A stretch of 64,000 bases of DNA. It comes from an uncultured Gammaproteobacteria bacterium. GTDB taxonomy: Bacteria > Patescibacteriota > Patescibacteriia > UBA10025 > JAHIVO01. Under the pieces are notes generated by a model. The model had not been told where the DNA came from and ran no database searches. It was given only the letters and a program-made list of their open reading frames with translations. Below, one piece after another: positions 9,756 through 20,827 of the stretch. The translations under genes and the position numbers were made by a program. Every line of letters starts with the position of its first letter. Position 1 is the first letter of the stretch. The stretch spans positions 41,523 to 105,522 of the forward strand of contig CAYPXF010000003.1 in NCBI GenBank assembly GCA_964415025.1. The letters run 5' to 3'.

Positions 9756-11685
9756 TTTTATCAAACCTAACCAAGCACATAAACAAAAGGCGTGGTGGAA
9801 AAGTAAGTGGTTCATATCGACTGCCGCCGTAATCAGCGCATTGGTAATAGTCGGTATTTTACTTTATGTCATATACAAAGACCCCGCCCAGGAAGCCTAC
9901 TCTTTGTCGCTCGAGGCAGAACAGTCGCTATCACACGCACAAGACAGTCTGTTGGAGCAGGATTTTGATGCTGCTGCCACGCACCTAGAAGCGGCGAAGA
10001 CAAGTTTTACCCAAGCGCAAAACCGCGTCCAGTCATTTATTTGGCTCAAGAGCGTTCCTTGGCTCGGTACGCAGGTTTCAGCTGTTTCAAGCCTGTTAAC
10101 AGCCGGCACGTACGCCACAAACTCAATTATCGTTATTAATGATCTAGCGCATTCAATAACTGAACCAATCAGCGATTCGGCCGTGAGCCTAAATGACTTA
10201 TCAGATAAGCAAACAGAGCAAATACTCGGAGCTATTTACGAAGCAAAGCCAGAACTAGAAAAAGCTCAAGCATCCATACTCGATGCGGATGCAACGATGG
10301 CGGCAATACCGCAGGGCGGCTTACTCAAGCCTGTGCAGGAAGCGGTCGTGCCAGTACGAGAAAAAATAGGAATGTTGGTGCAGGGTATTGATCAGGCCAT
10401 AGCCGCCAGTCAAATAGTGCCGGTGGTGGCTGGATACCCTGAACAACAGACATATTTATTTTTGCTCCAGAATAATCATGAGCTGCGGCCGACCGGCGGA
10501 TTTATAGGCACCTACGGTATTTTAAAAATTAAAAATGGCGATATTGTTTCTTTTAATACTGATAATGTCTATAATTTGGATGAACCATCTGCCGAATGGA
10601 TGACGACCACGCCGCCTTGGCCGCTCAACCGCTATAATGCTGTAACCACGTGGTTTTTCCGGGACGCCAATTGGTCACCGGATTTTCCTACCGCGGCAAA
10701 GAAAGCACTGGAACTGTATTACTTAGAACGCGGACCTGAAAAAAATATTGACGGAGTCATTGCCGTGACGCCAACTTTTATCCAGTCGCTGATGGAATTG
10801 ACAGGTGATATACCGGTAAACGGTATTAGCTTTACCCCGGATACGTTTATTGACACGCTGCAGTATCAAGTGGAACAGGGATATTTACGACAAGGTATCG
10901 CTGACAGTGAACGCAAGGAGATCATCGGCATCCTTTCTGATAAAATACTAGAAAAAATACTAGATTTACCGCGCGACCAGTGGCCGGATTTATGGAATGT
11001 GTTTAAAAAAGATATATCTGAAAAACAAATACTGATCTACCTAGAAAACAGTGACATACAGGCCATGGTTGAACATGAGAACTGGGGAGGTCATATCAGA
11101 GAGTCAGATGGTGATTTTGTAGCTGTTTTTGATGCAAATCTGGCCAGTCTGAAAACAGATCAGGTTATGGATCGTGCTATGGAATATACGGTACAGCGCG
11201 ACGGTAAAAATATAATAGCTGATTTATACATCACTTATACCAATACCGGTGAAATTACCTGGAAAACAACGCGGTATCGCACTTATACCAGAGTATTGGC
11301 GCCACAGGGTTCTCATCTACTAAAAGCAGAGGGTATGATGGTAGACTGCAAACTGGCGGATGAGGGCAGCGTTGAAACAACAGATGCCTATGGCAAGACT
11401 ATATTCGGCACCTTTATATGCATTGAGCCAGGCGAGACTAAGTCGCTCCATTTTAAATATTCATTGCCAAAAGCTATATATAACCAATTCAGTGAAAGCA
11501 GTGTTTACGATCTCATATGGCAGAAACAGCCAGGTACGGATAATTATCCCTTTAGTATATCTGTTGACATGGACGACGCCCCAACATATATAGAAAGCAT
11601 TGACAAGTTCGAAATAATGAAAGATAATAGCATACTAGTTCAGGGTGATCTGTCCCTGGATCGCGATATTGAAATACAATACTAA
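9733..11685 (+). CDS. DUF4012 domain membrane-anchored protein
   Basis: YLFLLQNNHELRPTGGFIG, FRDANWSPDFP, DGVIAV; N-terminal TM. Confidence 0.85.
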   Translation: MSTKKKNNFIKPNQAHKQKAWWKSKWFISTAAVISALVIVGILLYVIYKDPAQEAYSLSLEAEQSLSHAQDSLLEQDFDAAATHLEAAKTSFTQAQNRVQSFIWLKSVPWLGTQVSAVSSLLTAGTYATNSIIVINDLAHSITEPISDSAVSLNDLSDKQTEQILGAIYEAKPELEKAQASILDADATMAAIPQGGLLKPVQEAVVPVREKIGMLVQGIDQAIAASQIVPVVAGYPEQQTYLFLLQNNHELRPTGGFIGTYGILKIKNGDIVSFNTDNVYNLDEPSAEWMTTTPPWPLNRYNAVTTWFFRDANWSPDFPTAAKKALELYYLERGPEKNIDGVIAVTPTFIQSLMELTGDIPVNGISFTPDTFIDTLQYQVEQGYLRQGIADSERKEIIGILSDKILEKILDLPRDQWPDLWNVFKKDISEKQILIYLENSDIQAMVEHENWGGHIRESDGDFVAVFDANLASLKTDQVMDRAMEYTVQRDGKNIIADLYITYTNTGEITWKTTRYRTYTRVLAPQGSHLLKAEGMMVDCKLADEGSVETTDAYGKTIFGTFICIEPGETKSLHFKYSLPKAIYNQFSESSVYDLIWQKQPGTDNYPFSISVDMDDAPTYIESIDKFEIMKDNSILVQGDLSLDRDIEIQY

Positions 11686-11692
11686 TATCAAT

Positions 11693-12700
11693 ATGTTTTC
11701 ACGTCAATTAGGCATAGACTTAGGAACCACTTATTCGCTCGTATACATACCCGGACGAGGTATTGTTATCAACGAACCGTCGGTGGTTGCTATATCGCTC
11801 GTCGATAAAAAGGTAATGGCGGTCGGCAATGAAGCAAAAGAAATGCTCGGACGAACGCCGGACACCATTGTAGCCACCAGGCCGCTTAAGGACGGGGTCA
11901 TCGCAGACTATAAAACGACCGAGGCCATGCTTAAATATTTTATCAATAAGTCACTCGGGGGTATACGGTTTTTCAGGCCCGAAGTCATGATTGCTGTGCC
12001 AGGCGGGATCACCTCTACCGAGCGTCGTGCTGTTATCGAAGCAACTCTCCAGGCGGGCGCAAAAGCCGCGTATATCATCAAAGAGCCCGTAGCTGCGGCT
12101 ATTGGCGCAAACATACCGATAGGATCAGCAGCCGGACATTTGATCGTTGATATGGGCGGTGGTACGTCCGAAGTCGCGGTAATATCACTTGGCGGCGTAG
12201 TGGCAAATGCGTCAGTACGGGTCGGCGGCAATAAACTCGACGCTGCCATCCAGGAGTATGTCAGGAAAAAATATAATCTCAATATCGGCGAACGTTCAGC
12301 TGAAGAGCTGAAGATAAACATCGGTTCTGCTTTGCCGCTGCCAGAGAAACAATACATGGAAATACGCGGCCGTGATTCAGTGCAGGGGCTGCCGCGGACC
12401 ATAACCGCCTCCAGCGATGATGTCACCCAGGCTATCCAGGATGAATTAGCCGGTATTATTCAAGCTGTTAAATCAGTGCTGCAAAACACGCCTCCTGAAT
12501 TATCAGCAGATATCATGGATAAGGGCATGGTGCTGTCAGGTGGCACTTCGCTCCTACAAAACATGGACAAGCTTCTTTCCCAGGCGACTGGTATTCCGGC
12601 ATTGCTTGCTGATGAAGCGCATTTATGCGTGGCAAAAGGTACTGGCGTTGCCCTAGAAAATTTAGAATCATACAAAAAGAGTATTTTGTCTGCCAAGTAA
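11693..12700 (+). CDS. mreB: Rod shape-determining protein MreB/Mbl (paralog 1)
   Basis: GIDLGT, NEPSVVA, EPVAAAIGA, DMGGGTSEVA, TPPELSADI. Confidence 0.95.
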   Translation: MFSRQLGIDLGTTYSLVYIPGRGIVINEPSVVAISLVDKKVMAVGNEAKEMLGRTPDTIVATRPLKDGVIADYKTTEAMLKYFINKSLGGIRFFRPEVMIAVPGGITSTERRAVIEATLQAGAKAAYIIKEPVAAAIGANIPIGSAAGHLIVDMGGGTSEVAVISLGGVVANASVRVGGNKLDAAIQEYVRKKYNLNIGERSAEELKINIGSALPLPEKQYMEIRGRDSVQGLPRTITASSDDVTQAIQDELAGIIQAVKSVLQNTPPELSADIMDKGMVLSGGTSLLQNMDKLLSQATGIPALLADEAHLCVAKGTGVALENLESYKKSILSAK

Positions 12701-13893
12701 TGAAAATTGGGATTGACGCTTCCAGGGCAAATATTCCCCAGAAAACAGGTACAGAATGGTGTGCCTATTTTATTATTCAGGAACTCAAGCATATAATCCC
12801 TGATAATCACGAGGTTGTTTTATATACCAAAGAGCCGCTCGCTGGCCCTCTGGCTGATTTGCCCCGTCATTGGCGCGCCAAAGTATTATCATGGCTCCCG
12901 GGCTATTTGTGGACGCAATTAAGACTCGCTTGGGAAATGCTCTGGCATAAACCCGATGTCTTATTTGTACCGGCGCATACCATACCAGTGTATTGTCCTG
13001 CCAAGACATATACAGTTTTGCACGATATTGGGTTTGAAATGTTTTCTGATGTTTACTCACGTAATCTGATTGGTCCTGAAAACAGGTTTATTACAACGCT
13101 TATTAACCTCGCTGTCAGAATAATTACCCGAGGCAGATACTCTAATACCGAGCTGGATTACCACCGCTGGTCGACTAGGCTTGCCTTACAAAAGGCAAAA
13201 GCAATTATCACTCCGTCGCGTTTCACAAAACAGGAGATAGAAAAAAAATTCCAGGTCCTCCCGGATAAAATTCATGTTGTATATAATTCGTTTCAGCCTG
13301 ACTATAAAAAGACGGTAACCAAGGAACAAATAAACATTGTACGGGATCAGTACGGCATTACTGGAGCCTATCTGTTATTCGTCGGCAGGCTTGAAAAGAA
13401 GAAAAACATTCACCGTATTGTGCAGGCCTACCATCAGGCTACTGCCCAAATACATAACCCGCCATCCCTGGTTTTAGCCGGCAAGGCTGGGCACGGCTAT
13501 GACAGCATTGAACAGTATATAGAAAACAATAATCTAGCGCATAGAGTTATCAAAACCGGCTGGGTAGATCAAAACAATCTTCCTGCACTGATGAATGGGG
13601 CCTATGGCTTTATTTTTACGACGCTTTATGAGGGGTTTGGCATGCCTATTTTAGAGGCTATGAGTTCTGGAACACCTGTTATTACATCTAATAACAGCTC
13701 TACAAAAGAAATAGGAGCTAATGCCGTATTATTGGCCGACCCCCAAGACGTACGCGATATAGCCAGGGCTATCTTATTATTGATTAGCAATACGGCTTTG
13801 TATAATGATTTAGTACAAAAAGGCTATCAACGCGCATCACAGTTTTCCTGGGATAATACCGCACGTAACATAGCCCGTCTACTTTTAGCATAA
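12700..13893 (+). CDS. Glycosyltransferase family 4
   Basis: MKIGIDASR start overlapping mreB stop (TAATG), VGRLEKKKN, EGFGMPILEAM. Confidence 0.92.
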   Translation: MKIGIDASRANIPQKTGTEWCAYFIIQELKHIIPDNHEVVLYTKEPLAGPLADLPRHWRAKVLSWLPGYLWTQLRLAWEMLWHKPDVLFVPAHTIPVYCPAKTYTVLHDIGFEMFSDVYSRNLIGPENRFITTLINLAVRIITRGRYSNTELDYHRWSTRLALQKAKAIITPSRFTKQEIEKKFQVLPDKIHVVYNSFQPDYKKTVTKEQINIVRDQYGITGAYLLFVGRLEKKKNIHRIVQAYHQATAQIHNPPSLVLAGKAGHGYDSIEQYIENNNLAHRVIKTGWVDQNNLPALMNGAYGFIFTTLYEGFGMPILEAMSSGTPVITSNNSSTKEIGANAVLLADPQDVRDIARAILLLISNTALYNDLVQKGYQRASQFSWDNTARNIARLLLA

Positions 13894-13951
13894 CTTGCCA
13901 AAATCAGGTATTTATGGTATTGTAGTAATACTTATTTTACATTATATTATC

Positions 13952-14947
13952 ATGGATCAGCGCCCGTACTGGAATATTTATGGAAATTCAGTTTCCATTA
14001 ATTATATACAAAAAACATTACAAACCGACAGCATATACCAATCATACTTACTAAGTGGACCGGCACATACTGGTAAGACTACGACTGCGGAATTATTTGC
14101 CAGAGTGATTTTATGCAAAAAAAAGTTTGTTTCTGAACCTTGCCAACGATGTTCCTCGTGTACGGCTTATAAATACGGCCCACATCCTGATTTATACCTT
14201 GTCGCAAGACAGGAAGCCAAGAACGCTATCAGCATTGAACAAATCAGAAAGGCAATACACTTCATCACACTACGCCCGTCTCACGCTGATAAAAAAGTAG
14301 TCATCATAGAGTGTGCTGATTTACTCACTGAATCGGCAGCAAATGCTTTGCTCAAGACTATAGAAGAGCCACCGGCTGATACTGTGATTATTATGTCCGC
14401 AGAAAACCGGGATTTACTGCCGGCAACAATAATCTCCAGGTGTCTTCATATACAATTTACTGTATCTGATGCTGAAGAAATAAAATCTTTGCTCAAGGAG
14501 CATAATATTGCAGCTTCGCATATCCACCCGATTTCACATTTGAGCCAGGGCCGTCCTGGCTTAGCTGTACTGCTGGGGAAAGATTCATCAATACGTGCGG
14601 AAAGGGAGCGAGCGGTGGATCTACTAATTGATATGCTAAAACACCGTCCGGCCGAGCGCGTATCAATACTCACAAAAAACATGCCTCAATCAGCAAATGA
14701 AAAAAAACAATACGCGCTCACCCTTTTGCAAACATGGATTGCCTTTTACTTTGATCTGCTGCATATGAAAAACAACTCTAACCAAATCATTAATACAAGG
14801 TATGAACCAACGCTGCGGCAAATAGCTGAACATTATTCAAATACTGCTGTTGTTCGGCTGATTCAGTCACTGCTCGCCTCAATCCAACGAGTTAATCAGA
14901 CCGCTAATCCGATCTTGGTCATAGAAAATCACCTCCTAGGCCTATGA
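13952..14947 (+). CDS. holB: DNA polymerase III delta-prime subunit
   Basis: GPAHTGKT, PCQRCSSC, HPD, AANALLKTIEEPP, TIISRC. Confidence 0.9.
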   Translation: MDQRPYWNIYGNSVSINYIQKTLQTDSIYQSYLLSGPAHTGKTTTAELFARVILCKKKFVSEPCQRCSSCTAYKYGPHPDLYLVARQEAKNAISIEQIRKAIHFITLRPSHADKKVVIIECADLLTESAANALLKTIEEPPADTVIIMSAENRDLLPATIISRCLHIQFTVSDAEEIKSLLKEHNIAASHIHPISHLSQGRPGLAVLLGKDSSIRAERERAVDLLIDMLKHRPAERVSILTKNMPQSANEKKQYALTLLQTWIAFYFDLLHMKNNSNQIINTRYEPTLRQIAEHYSNTAVVRLIQSLLASIQRVNQTANPILVIENHLLGL

Positions 14948-15978
14948 AAAAAGTCATGCTTGCGATTTGCGTTATCGGCCTTACACTAATTTTATCTGGT
15001 TGCAGTCAGAATGTTTCCAGGACTGATGGAGGCCTATATATGTCAAATGATTTCGGTAAAAACTGGCAACAGCGCGTTTTTATCGCGCAGACAGAAAAAG
15101 GCACTCAAACAATCGCTAATGTTAACGCCGGTTTCCTAGAATTTGATCCAAAGGATGAAGACAGGATCTATTTCATATCCCGCAATAATGGTATTTTCAA
15201 AACTGATAACTACGGTCAATCATGGACGCAAACTTCACTAGGAAGCGGCGGCTATGCCAGTATGGCTATCGATTCACTGAACAATAGCGTGCTCTATGTC
15301 ACGCAGGGCACCAAAATACTGAAAACAGTAGACGGCATGGAATCATGGCGGGACACGTATATAGAGAAAAGACCCAGAGAAAAAATAGTCAGCGTTCTTG
15401 TCAGCCCGTTTCAGTCGAGCGTGCTGTATGCGGCCACGACTAATAGTATTATCAAAAGTTTTGACTATGGCAATAGTTGGGAATTACTTGACTGGAACGA
15501 GCCGAAAATTAACAAACTGTTTATCAGTAAAAAGAACAGCCGAACATTATTTGCCTGGACAAGCGCTGGCATCATGAAATCGACAAATGGCGCGGATGAC
15601 TGGTTTGATATCAGCGAGCCCTTAACCGAAATCGCAAAAGGGTATACAGTCCTAACCATAGATTTTGATCCTCGTACCGAACATATTATAATTGGCACTA
15701 ATAAGGGTATATTTAGAACGCTCGATGGAGGAGCTACCTGGGCAGAAGTCCCGACACTGTTTGATTTTAATAAAGTGCCAACCAAGGCGGTTACCCAAAA
15801 TGATGATAATACCAATGAAATACTGTTTAGCGTCGACAATATTATTTACCGGACTGATGATGCCGGGCGCACATGGACGACATTGAAAACTATGGGTACA
15901 TCGAGAACGATTAATTATTTAGCGTTTGGTCCGTTCCATGAAAACGTGGTGTGGGCCGGCACACTATTAATACAGTAA
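14944..15978 (+). CDS. Lipoprotein with BNR/Asp-box repeats (VPS10/YCF48-like propeller)
   Basis: Lipobox LSGC; repeated S/T-x-D-x-G-x-x-W motifs. Confidence 0.85.
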   Translation: MKKVMLAICVIGLTLILSGCSQNVSRTDGGLYMSNDFGKNWQQRVFIAQTEKGTQTIANVNAGFLEFDPKDEDRIYFISRNNGIFKTDNYGQSWTQTSLGSGGYASMAIDSLNNSVLYVTQGTKILKTVDGMESWRDTYIEKRPREKIVSVLVSPFQSSVLYAATTNSIIKSFDYGNSWELLDWNEPKINKLFISKKNSRTLFAWTSAGIMKSTNGADDWFDISEPLTEIAKGYTVLTIDFDPRTEHIIIGTNKGIFRTLDGGATWAEVPTLFDFNKVPTKAVTQNDDNTNEILFSVDNIIYRTDDAGRTWTTLKTMGTSRTINYLAFGPFHENVVWAGTLLIQ

Positions 15979-15982
15979 TAAT

Positions 15983-16534
15983 ATGAATATCATCGAATCA
16001 AAAAAAGAACAATTCAAAGATGCCATCAATCACCTAAAAAAAGAATTGCAAGGCATCCGAAGTGGTCGGGCAACTCCAGCGTTAGTAGACAACATTATGG
16101 TCGATTATTACGGTACCAAAACACCGCTGCCGCAGCTGGCGACGATTAGTGCGCCAGATCCTCGATCTATAGTAATACAGCCGTGGGATAAAAACGTATC
16201 CTCGGATATTGAAAAAGGCATTCGCGCTTCGTCGCTTGATATTAATCCGGTCAATGAAGGTGACCAAATCAGACTCCCAATCCCTCCGCTAACCGAAGAG
16301 CGTCGCAAGGAACTAGTCAAAACGGTAAACCAGAAAGTAGAACAAACAAAAATATCAATCCGCAACGTACGTGAAGACATAGGGAAGGAGATTAAACATC
16401 AAAAATCAGAAGGTAAAATTTCGGAGGATGACATGTATGCCCAACAAAAAGAACTGCAAAGAGTAGTAGACGAGTATAATCAGTTAATCGAAGAAATCGC
16501 TGAAAAAAAGGAAAAAGAAATAATGTCAGTATAA
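15983..16534 (+). CDS. frr: Ribosome recycling factor
   Basis: IRSGRATP, YYG, IQPWD, PPLTEERRKEL, IRNVR. Confidence 0.97.
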   Translation: MNIIESKKEQFKDAINHLKKELQGIRSGRATPALVDNIMVDYYGTKTPLPQLATISAPDPRSIVIQPWDKNVSSDIEKGIRASSLDINPVNEGDQIRLPIPPLTEERRKELVKTVNQKVEQTKISIRNVREDIGKEIKHQKSEGKISEDDMYAQQKELQRVVDEYNQLIEEIAEKKEKEIMSV

Positions 16535-16540
16535 ATAACC

Positions 16541-17710
16541 ATGCTAACGACCATCATACTCATAATTGTCATACTCGGACTGCTCATATTTGTTCATGAG
16601 CTGGGACATTTTTTTACCGCAAAAAAAGTCGGCATGAAGGTAGAGGAATTTGGGTTTGGGTATCCACCGCGGCTATTCGGCATACAGCGGTCAAATCAGC
16701 ACGGTAAAAAATGGCGGCTAATCTATGGCAAGCATAATCCCGAAGAATATGGTGATACTGTGTACTCAATAAATGTCATACCTTTTGGCGGTTTTGTAAA
16801 AATTAAAGGTGAGCAAGGAGATAAGGTTGGAGAGCGCGGCAGCTTTACCTCAAAAAAGATATGGCAGCGCACAGTTGTGCTAAGTGCCGGCGTGGTGATG
16901 AATCTGATATTTGCCTTTGTGCTAATTAGTGTTGGTTTTATGATCGGATTACCAAGCGCTGTAACCGATGACATATCCTCAAGCGCGCGTGTTGAAAAGC
17001 AATTCGTGCAAATAGCACAAGCAGAAGAGGGGACACCCGCTGCTGCAGCGGGATTACAGGTAGGTGATATTGTGGATACTGTAAATGGAAACACTATTGA
17101 TACCGTCGGCACATTCCAATCAATCGTAGAGCCAGCGCTCGATACGGCAGTATCTATTATGGTGACCAGAGGCGATCAGACAATAACTACTGAAGTAACA
17201 CCACGTGATTTAGATGACGATGATGCCGGCGAAGTCGGCGTGGCGTTGGTTGAGGCGGGCATTGTCAGCTACCCGTGGTATCTGGCACTATGGATGGGTG
17301 CCAAGACCACCATATCCATAACGTGGCAGATTATTGTTGCTTTTTATGAGATAATTAAAAATCTCATTGTTTCGCAATCAGTTAGTGCTGATATTGCCGG
17401 CCCAGTCGGCATAGCCGTATTGACCGGGCAGGTGGCCAAAATGGGCTTTATATACATACTTCAGTTTACTGCGCTCTTCTCAATCAATTTAGCAATCCTG
17501 AATTATTTGCCGTTTCCGGCGCTTGACGGCGGCAGAGTGTTGTTCCTCATCATAGAAAAAATTAAGGGCAGTCCGGTTAACCAGCGTATCGAAGGGATTA
17601 TTCATACCACCGGGTTTTTTATACTGATCGGCGTGCTGATACTCATAACATTCCGGGATGTTTCCAGGTTCAGCGACTCAATAGGTAATTTTTTCAGTTC
17701 AATATTTTAA
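16541..17710 (+). CDS. rseP: RIP metalloprotease RseP (M50, PDZ)
   Basis: HELGH, PFGGFV, PDZ-like segment, NYLPFPALDGG. Confidence 0.94.
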   Translation: MLTTIILIIVILGLLIFVHELGHFFTAKKVGMKVEEFGFGYPPRLFGIQRSNQHGKKWRLIYGKHNPEEYGDTVYSINVIPFGGFVKIKGEQGDKVGERGSFTSKKIWQRTVVLSAGVVMNLIFAFVLISVGFMIGLPSAVTDDISSSARVEKQFVQIAQAEEGTPAAAAGLQVGDIVDTVNGNTIDTVGTFQSIVEPALDTAVSIMVTRGDQTITTEVTPRDLDDDDAGEVGVALVEAGIVSYPWYLALWMGAKTTISITWQIIVAFYEIIKNLIVSQSVSADIAGPVGIAVLTGQVAKMGFIYILQFTALFSINLAILNYLPFPALDGGRVLFLIIEKIKGSPVNQRIEGIIHTTGFFILIGVLILITFRDVSRFSDSIGNFFSSIF

Positions 17711-17713
17711 GCT

Positions 17714-18961
17714 ATGTTGCAATCAAAATCATTCATCCCGACAATCAGTAATCCGCCTCGTGACGAGGTATCACGTAATGCCCAGCTTCTGGTGCAGGCC
17801 GGATACATCAGGAAACTAATGGCCGGGGTATACACCTTTTTGCCTTTGGGTTGGCGCGTCATGAAAAAGATTGAATACCACATACGCCAGGCAATGGATG
17901 GCGCCGGCGCTGCAGAACTTTTTATGCCGGCGCTGCATCCGGTCGAACATTATCAGCTCACCAGGCGAGACAGTATTGATGTGCTCTTTCATCTGGATAT
18001 TGCCTCTGGCAAAAAAGCAGTTTTAGGGCAGAGCCATGAAGAAGTGATTGTACCGCTGGTAAAGGATTATATTACCTCGTATAAGGATTTGCCCCTGGCG
18101 CTGTATCAAATCCAGACAAAATTCAGAAATGAGAAACGTGCCAAATCAGGTATTATGCGCGGACGTGAATTCATGATGAAGGATCTGTACTCTTTTCACG
18201 CGGATGAATCAGATTTCGAATCGTATTATAGCCGTATGCAGCAAATTTACAGCCAGCTGTTTGCAAAGCTCGGCCTTGGCGAGGATACCTACATGACGTA
18301 TGCTTCTGGTGGGACATTTTCGCAGTTTTCCCATGAATACCAAACCATAACGCAAGCCGGCGAAGACATGATCCATGTTTGTCCTCACTGCCGCATCGCG
18401 GTTAATGAAGAAATACGTTCAACGCAACAAAACTGCCCACAGTGCCATAATAAGGCGCTAGAAAAGAATAAGGCGATCGAGGTAGGCAATATTTTCCCGC
18501 TAAAAAGTAAATTTTCTGATGCCTTTGGACTATCGTACGTTGATGCCAGCGGAAAAAAACAGCCAATAATAATGGGCTGTTATGGTATTGGTTTAGGCAG
18601 GGTAATGGGTACGATCGCTGAACTGTATAATGATAAAAACGGATTATGCTGGCCAAAATCCATTGCGCCTTTTCAGGCTCATATCCTGGATATTAGTAAA
18701 AAGAATCATGGTACAGCACAGACGTTATATCAGGCTTGCCTAAAAAACAGTATTGACGTATTGTATGATGACCGGGCGGCCTCACCCGGCATGAAGCTAA
18801 AGGATGCTGACTTAATCGGCATACCAATCCGCCTGGTGATCAGCGATAAAACTGAAGATAAAATCGAATACAAATGGCGTCAGGAAATGCAGCCACAAAT
18901 AATGCAGCTGACCTCGGTTATAAAAAAATTAATCGAATACTATCGTGGGACTGATAAATAA
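17714..18961 (+). CDS. proS: Prolyl-tRNA synthetase (short form, no INS editing domain)
   Basis: YQIQTKFRNEKR, RGREFMMKDLYSF, MGCYGIG, DADLIGIP. Confidence 0.95.
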   Translation: MLQSKSFIPTISNPPRDEVSRNAQLLVQAGYIRKLMAGVYTFLPLGWRVMKKIEYHIRQAMDGAGAAELFMPALHPVEHYQLTRRDSIDVLFHLDIASGKKAVLGQSHEEVIVPLVKDYITSYKDLPLALYQIQTKFRNEKRAKSGIMRGREFMMKDLYSFHADESDFESYYSRMQQIYSQLFAKLGLGEDTYMTYASGGTFSQFSHEYQTITQAGEDMIHVCPHCRIAVNEEIRSTQQNCPQCHNKALEKNKAIEVGNIFPLKSKFSDAFGLSYVDASGKKQPIIMGCYGIGLGRVMGTIAELYNDKNGLCWPKSIAPFQAHILDISKKNHGTAQTLYQACLKNSIDVLYDDRAASPGMKLKDADLIGIPIRLVISDKTEDKIEYKWRQEMQPQIMQLTSVIKKLIEYYRGTDK

Positions 18962-20006
18962 CATTTTCGGAAGATTTTCAAAAGACATGGGAATTGACCT
19001 GGGAACGGCAAATACGCTTGTCTATGTGAAGGATAAAGGAATTGTTATCAATGAACCGTCAGTAGTTGCTATTAACAGTCGAACCGACCAGATTCTCGCT
19101 GTAGGCCAAGAAGCACAGCGCATGATCGGAAAAACACCGGCTCATATTGTCGCCTCACGCCCGCTGGTTGATGGCGTTATTTCTGATTTTGAAGTAACCG
19201 AAAAAATGCTCAAGTATTTTATCGATAAAGTGCACCAGGAGAATTTCAGTATTCTGCCGCGCCCACGGATCGTCATCGGTTTGCCGCTTGGGGTAACAGA
19301 GGTAGAGCGTAAAGCAGTAGAAGACGCGTGTCTTAGTGCTGGCGCACGCGAAGCTTTTTTAATAGAAGAACCAATGGCCGCAGCAATCGGGGCACGTTTA
19401 CCCATCCAGGACGCGTCCGGAAACATGATTGTCGACATTGGCGGCGGTACGACAGAAATCGCGGTCATCTCGCTCGGTGGCGTTGTTACTTGGAAATCGC
19501 TCCGGGTGGCGGGCGATGAATTTGATCAGAATATCATACAGTATGCCCGAGACCACTTCAATCTGCTATTGGGCGAGCGGACAGCCGAGCAGATTAAAAT
19601 TCAGGCTGGCTCGTCGCTCCATAGCGAAGATCCCGTGGAGGTGGCAATGCGCGGCCGTGATTTAATATCTGGCCTGCCAAAAGAAGTAACAGTTAACAGC
19701 AACCAAATCAGAGAAGCGATAAGCAGATCAATGCGTAGTATCATAGAAAATGTTAAATCAACTATTGAGATAACCCCCCCTGAACTAGTGGCGGATATAT
19801 ATGAGCGAGGTGTCATGCTTTCAGGAGGCGGGGCACTATTAGCTGGTTTAGATGCGCTTATCAAGCATGAGACGCAAATTCCGGTCCATATAGCTGATGA
19901 TCCGCTAACCGCAGTAGCGCGCGGCACTGGCATTGTCCTGGATGATTTAGAAAATTTAAAAGAGGTATTATCGTCCACGCAACCAGAAGAAACCATTAAG
20001 GATTAA
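18945..20006 (+). CDS. mreB: Rod shape-determining protein MreB (paralog 2)
   Basis: GIDLGTANT, EEPMAAAIGA, DIGGGTTE; followed by mreCD-mrdA. Confidence 0.96.
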   Translation: MGLINNIFGRFSKDMGIDLGTANTLVYVKDKGIVINEPSVVAINSRTDQILAVGQEAQRMIGKTPAHIVASRPLVDGVISDFEVTEKMLKYFIDKVHQENFSILPRPRIVIGLPLGVTEVERKAVEDACLSAGAREAFLIEEPMAAAIGARLPIQDASGNMIVDIGGGTTEIAVISLGGVVTWKSLRVAGDEFDQNIIQYARDHFNLLLGERTAEQIKIQAGSSLHSEDPVEVAMRGRDLISGLPKEVTVNSNQIREAISRSMRSIIENVKSTIEITPPELVADIYERGVMLSGGGALLAGLDALIKHETQIPVHIADDPLTAVARGTGIVLDDLENLKEVLSSTQPEETIKD

Positions 20007-20011
20007 GTCTC

Positions 20012-20827
20012 ATGAAACGTTTACTACGCACACGGTGGGGCGGTATTCTGGCAACGCTTAGCATCGGTATATTAATTGTAGTAATTTTTTCATTTGGTGC
20101 GTGGCGGCCAGTACAAGGCGTTATCACTACCGTATTTGCACCGGTACAGCAATTTTTTCATACCACTGCTAATCGGATTAGTGGTATATTCGAGTATTTT
20201 GGAAGCATAGAAGAATTACGGGAGCAGAATGAGGAATTAAAACATCGGGTAGATGAACTTACCGTCGAAAATGTAAAACTCAAAAACGCCGTTGCCGAAG
20301 GTGAGCTTATTCAGGAGGCTGTCGATTATATTACAGAATTTGAACTGCGCTCAATTACCGGCAGGATTATCGGTCGAAGCGCTTCGGAAAACTATGACGT
20401 ACTCATCGTCAATAAAGGCAGTACCGACGGCGTGCGTGAGGGATATCCGGTTATCACAGGAAATGGCATATTAATCGGTCGGGTTATCGTGGCGCAGAAT
20501 GACATATCTAAAATATTAACACTTACCGATAATCACAGTGAATACAGCGCCTATGTAAAAAGCGACACTAATGTGCCAGGTGTTGTCAGCGGTAAATTCG
20601 GCATTTCACTGCATATGGAATTAATTCCCCAGGACGAATCGATTAATGAAGGCGACATCGTGGTGACGTCAGGTCTGGAGGAAAACATTCCGGCAAATCT
20701 CGTTATCGGCAGTATCGCCACTGTACATCACACCGAAGGAGACTTGTTTAAGCAGGCTGTTATCGATCTCTCTGTATCGTATAGTGATATCTCCATCGTC
20801 AATATCCTAATACCATTCGATGCTTAG
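20012..20827 (+). CDS. mreC: Rod shape-determining protein MreC
   Basis: TM + coiled coil, NKGSTDGV, GDIVVTSGL; operon context. Confidence 0.92.
   Translation: MKRLLRTRWGGILATLSIGILIVVIFSFGAWRPVQGVITTVFAPVQQFFHTTANRISGIFEYFGSIEELREQNEELKHRVDELTVENVKLKNAVAEGELIQEAVDYITEFELRSITGRIIGRSASENYDVLIVNKGSTDGVREGYPVITGNGILIGRVIVAQNDISKILTLTDNHSEYSAYVKSDTNVPGVVSGKFGISLHMELIPQDESINEGDIVVTSGLEENIPANLVIGSIATVHHTEGDLFKQAVIDLSVSYSDISIVNILIPFDA

Noticed and set aside
11693-20006. Two mreB copies as a novelty
   Set aside because: Multiple MreB paralogs are common; both look ordinary.
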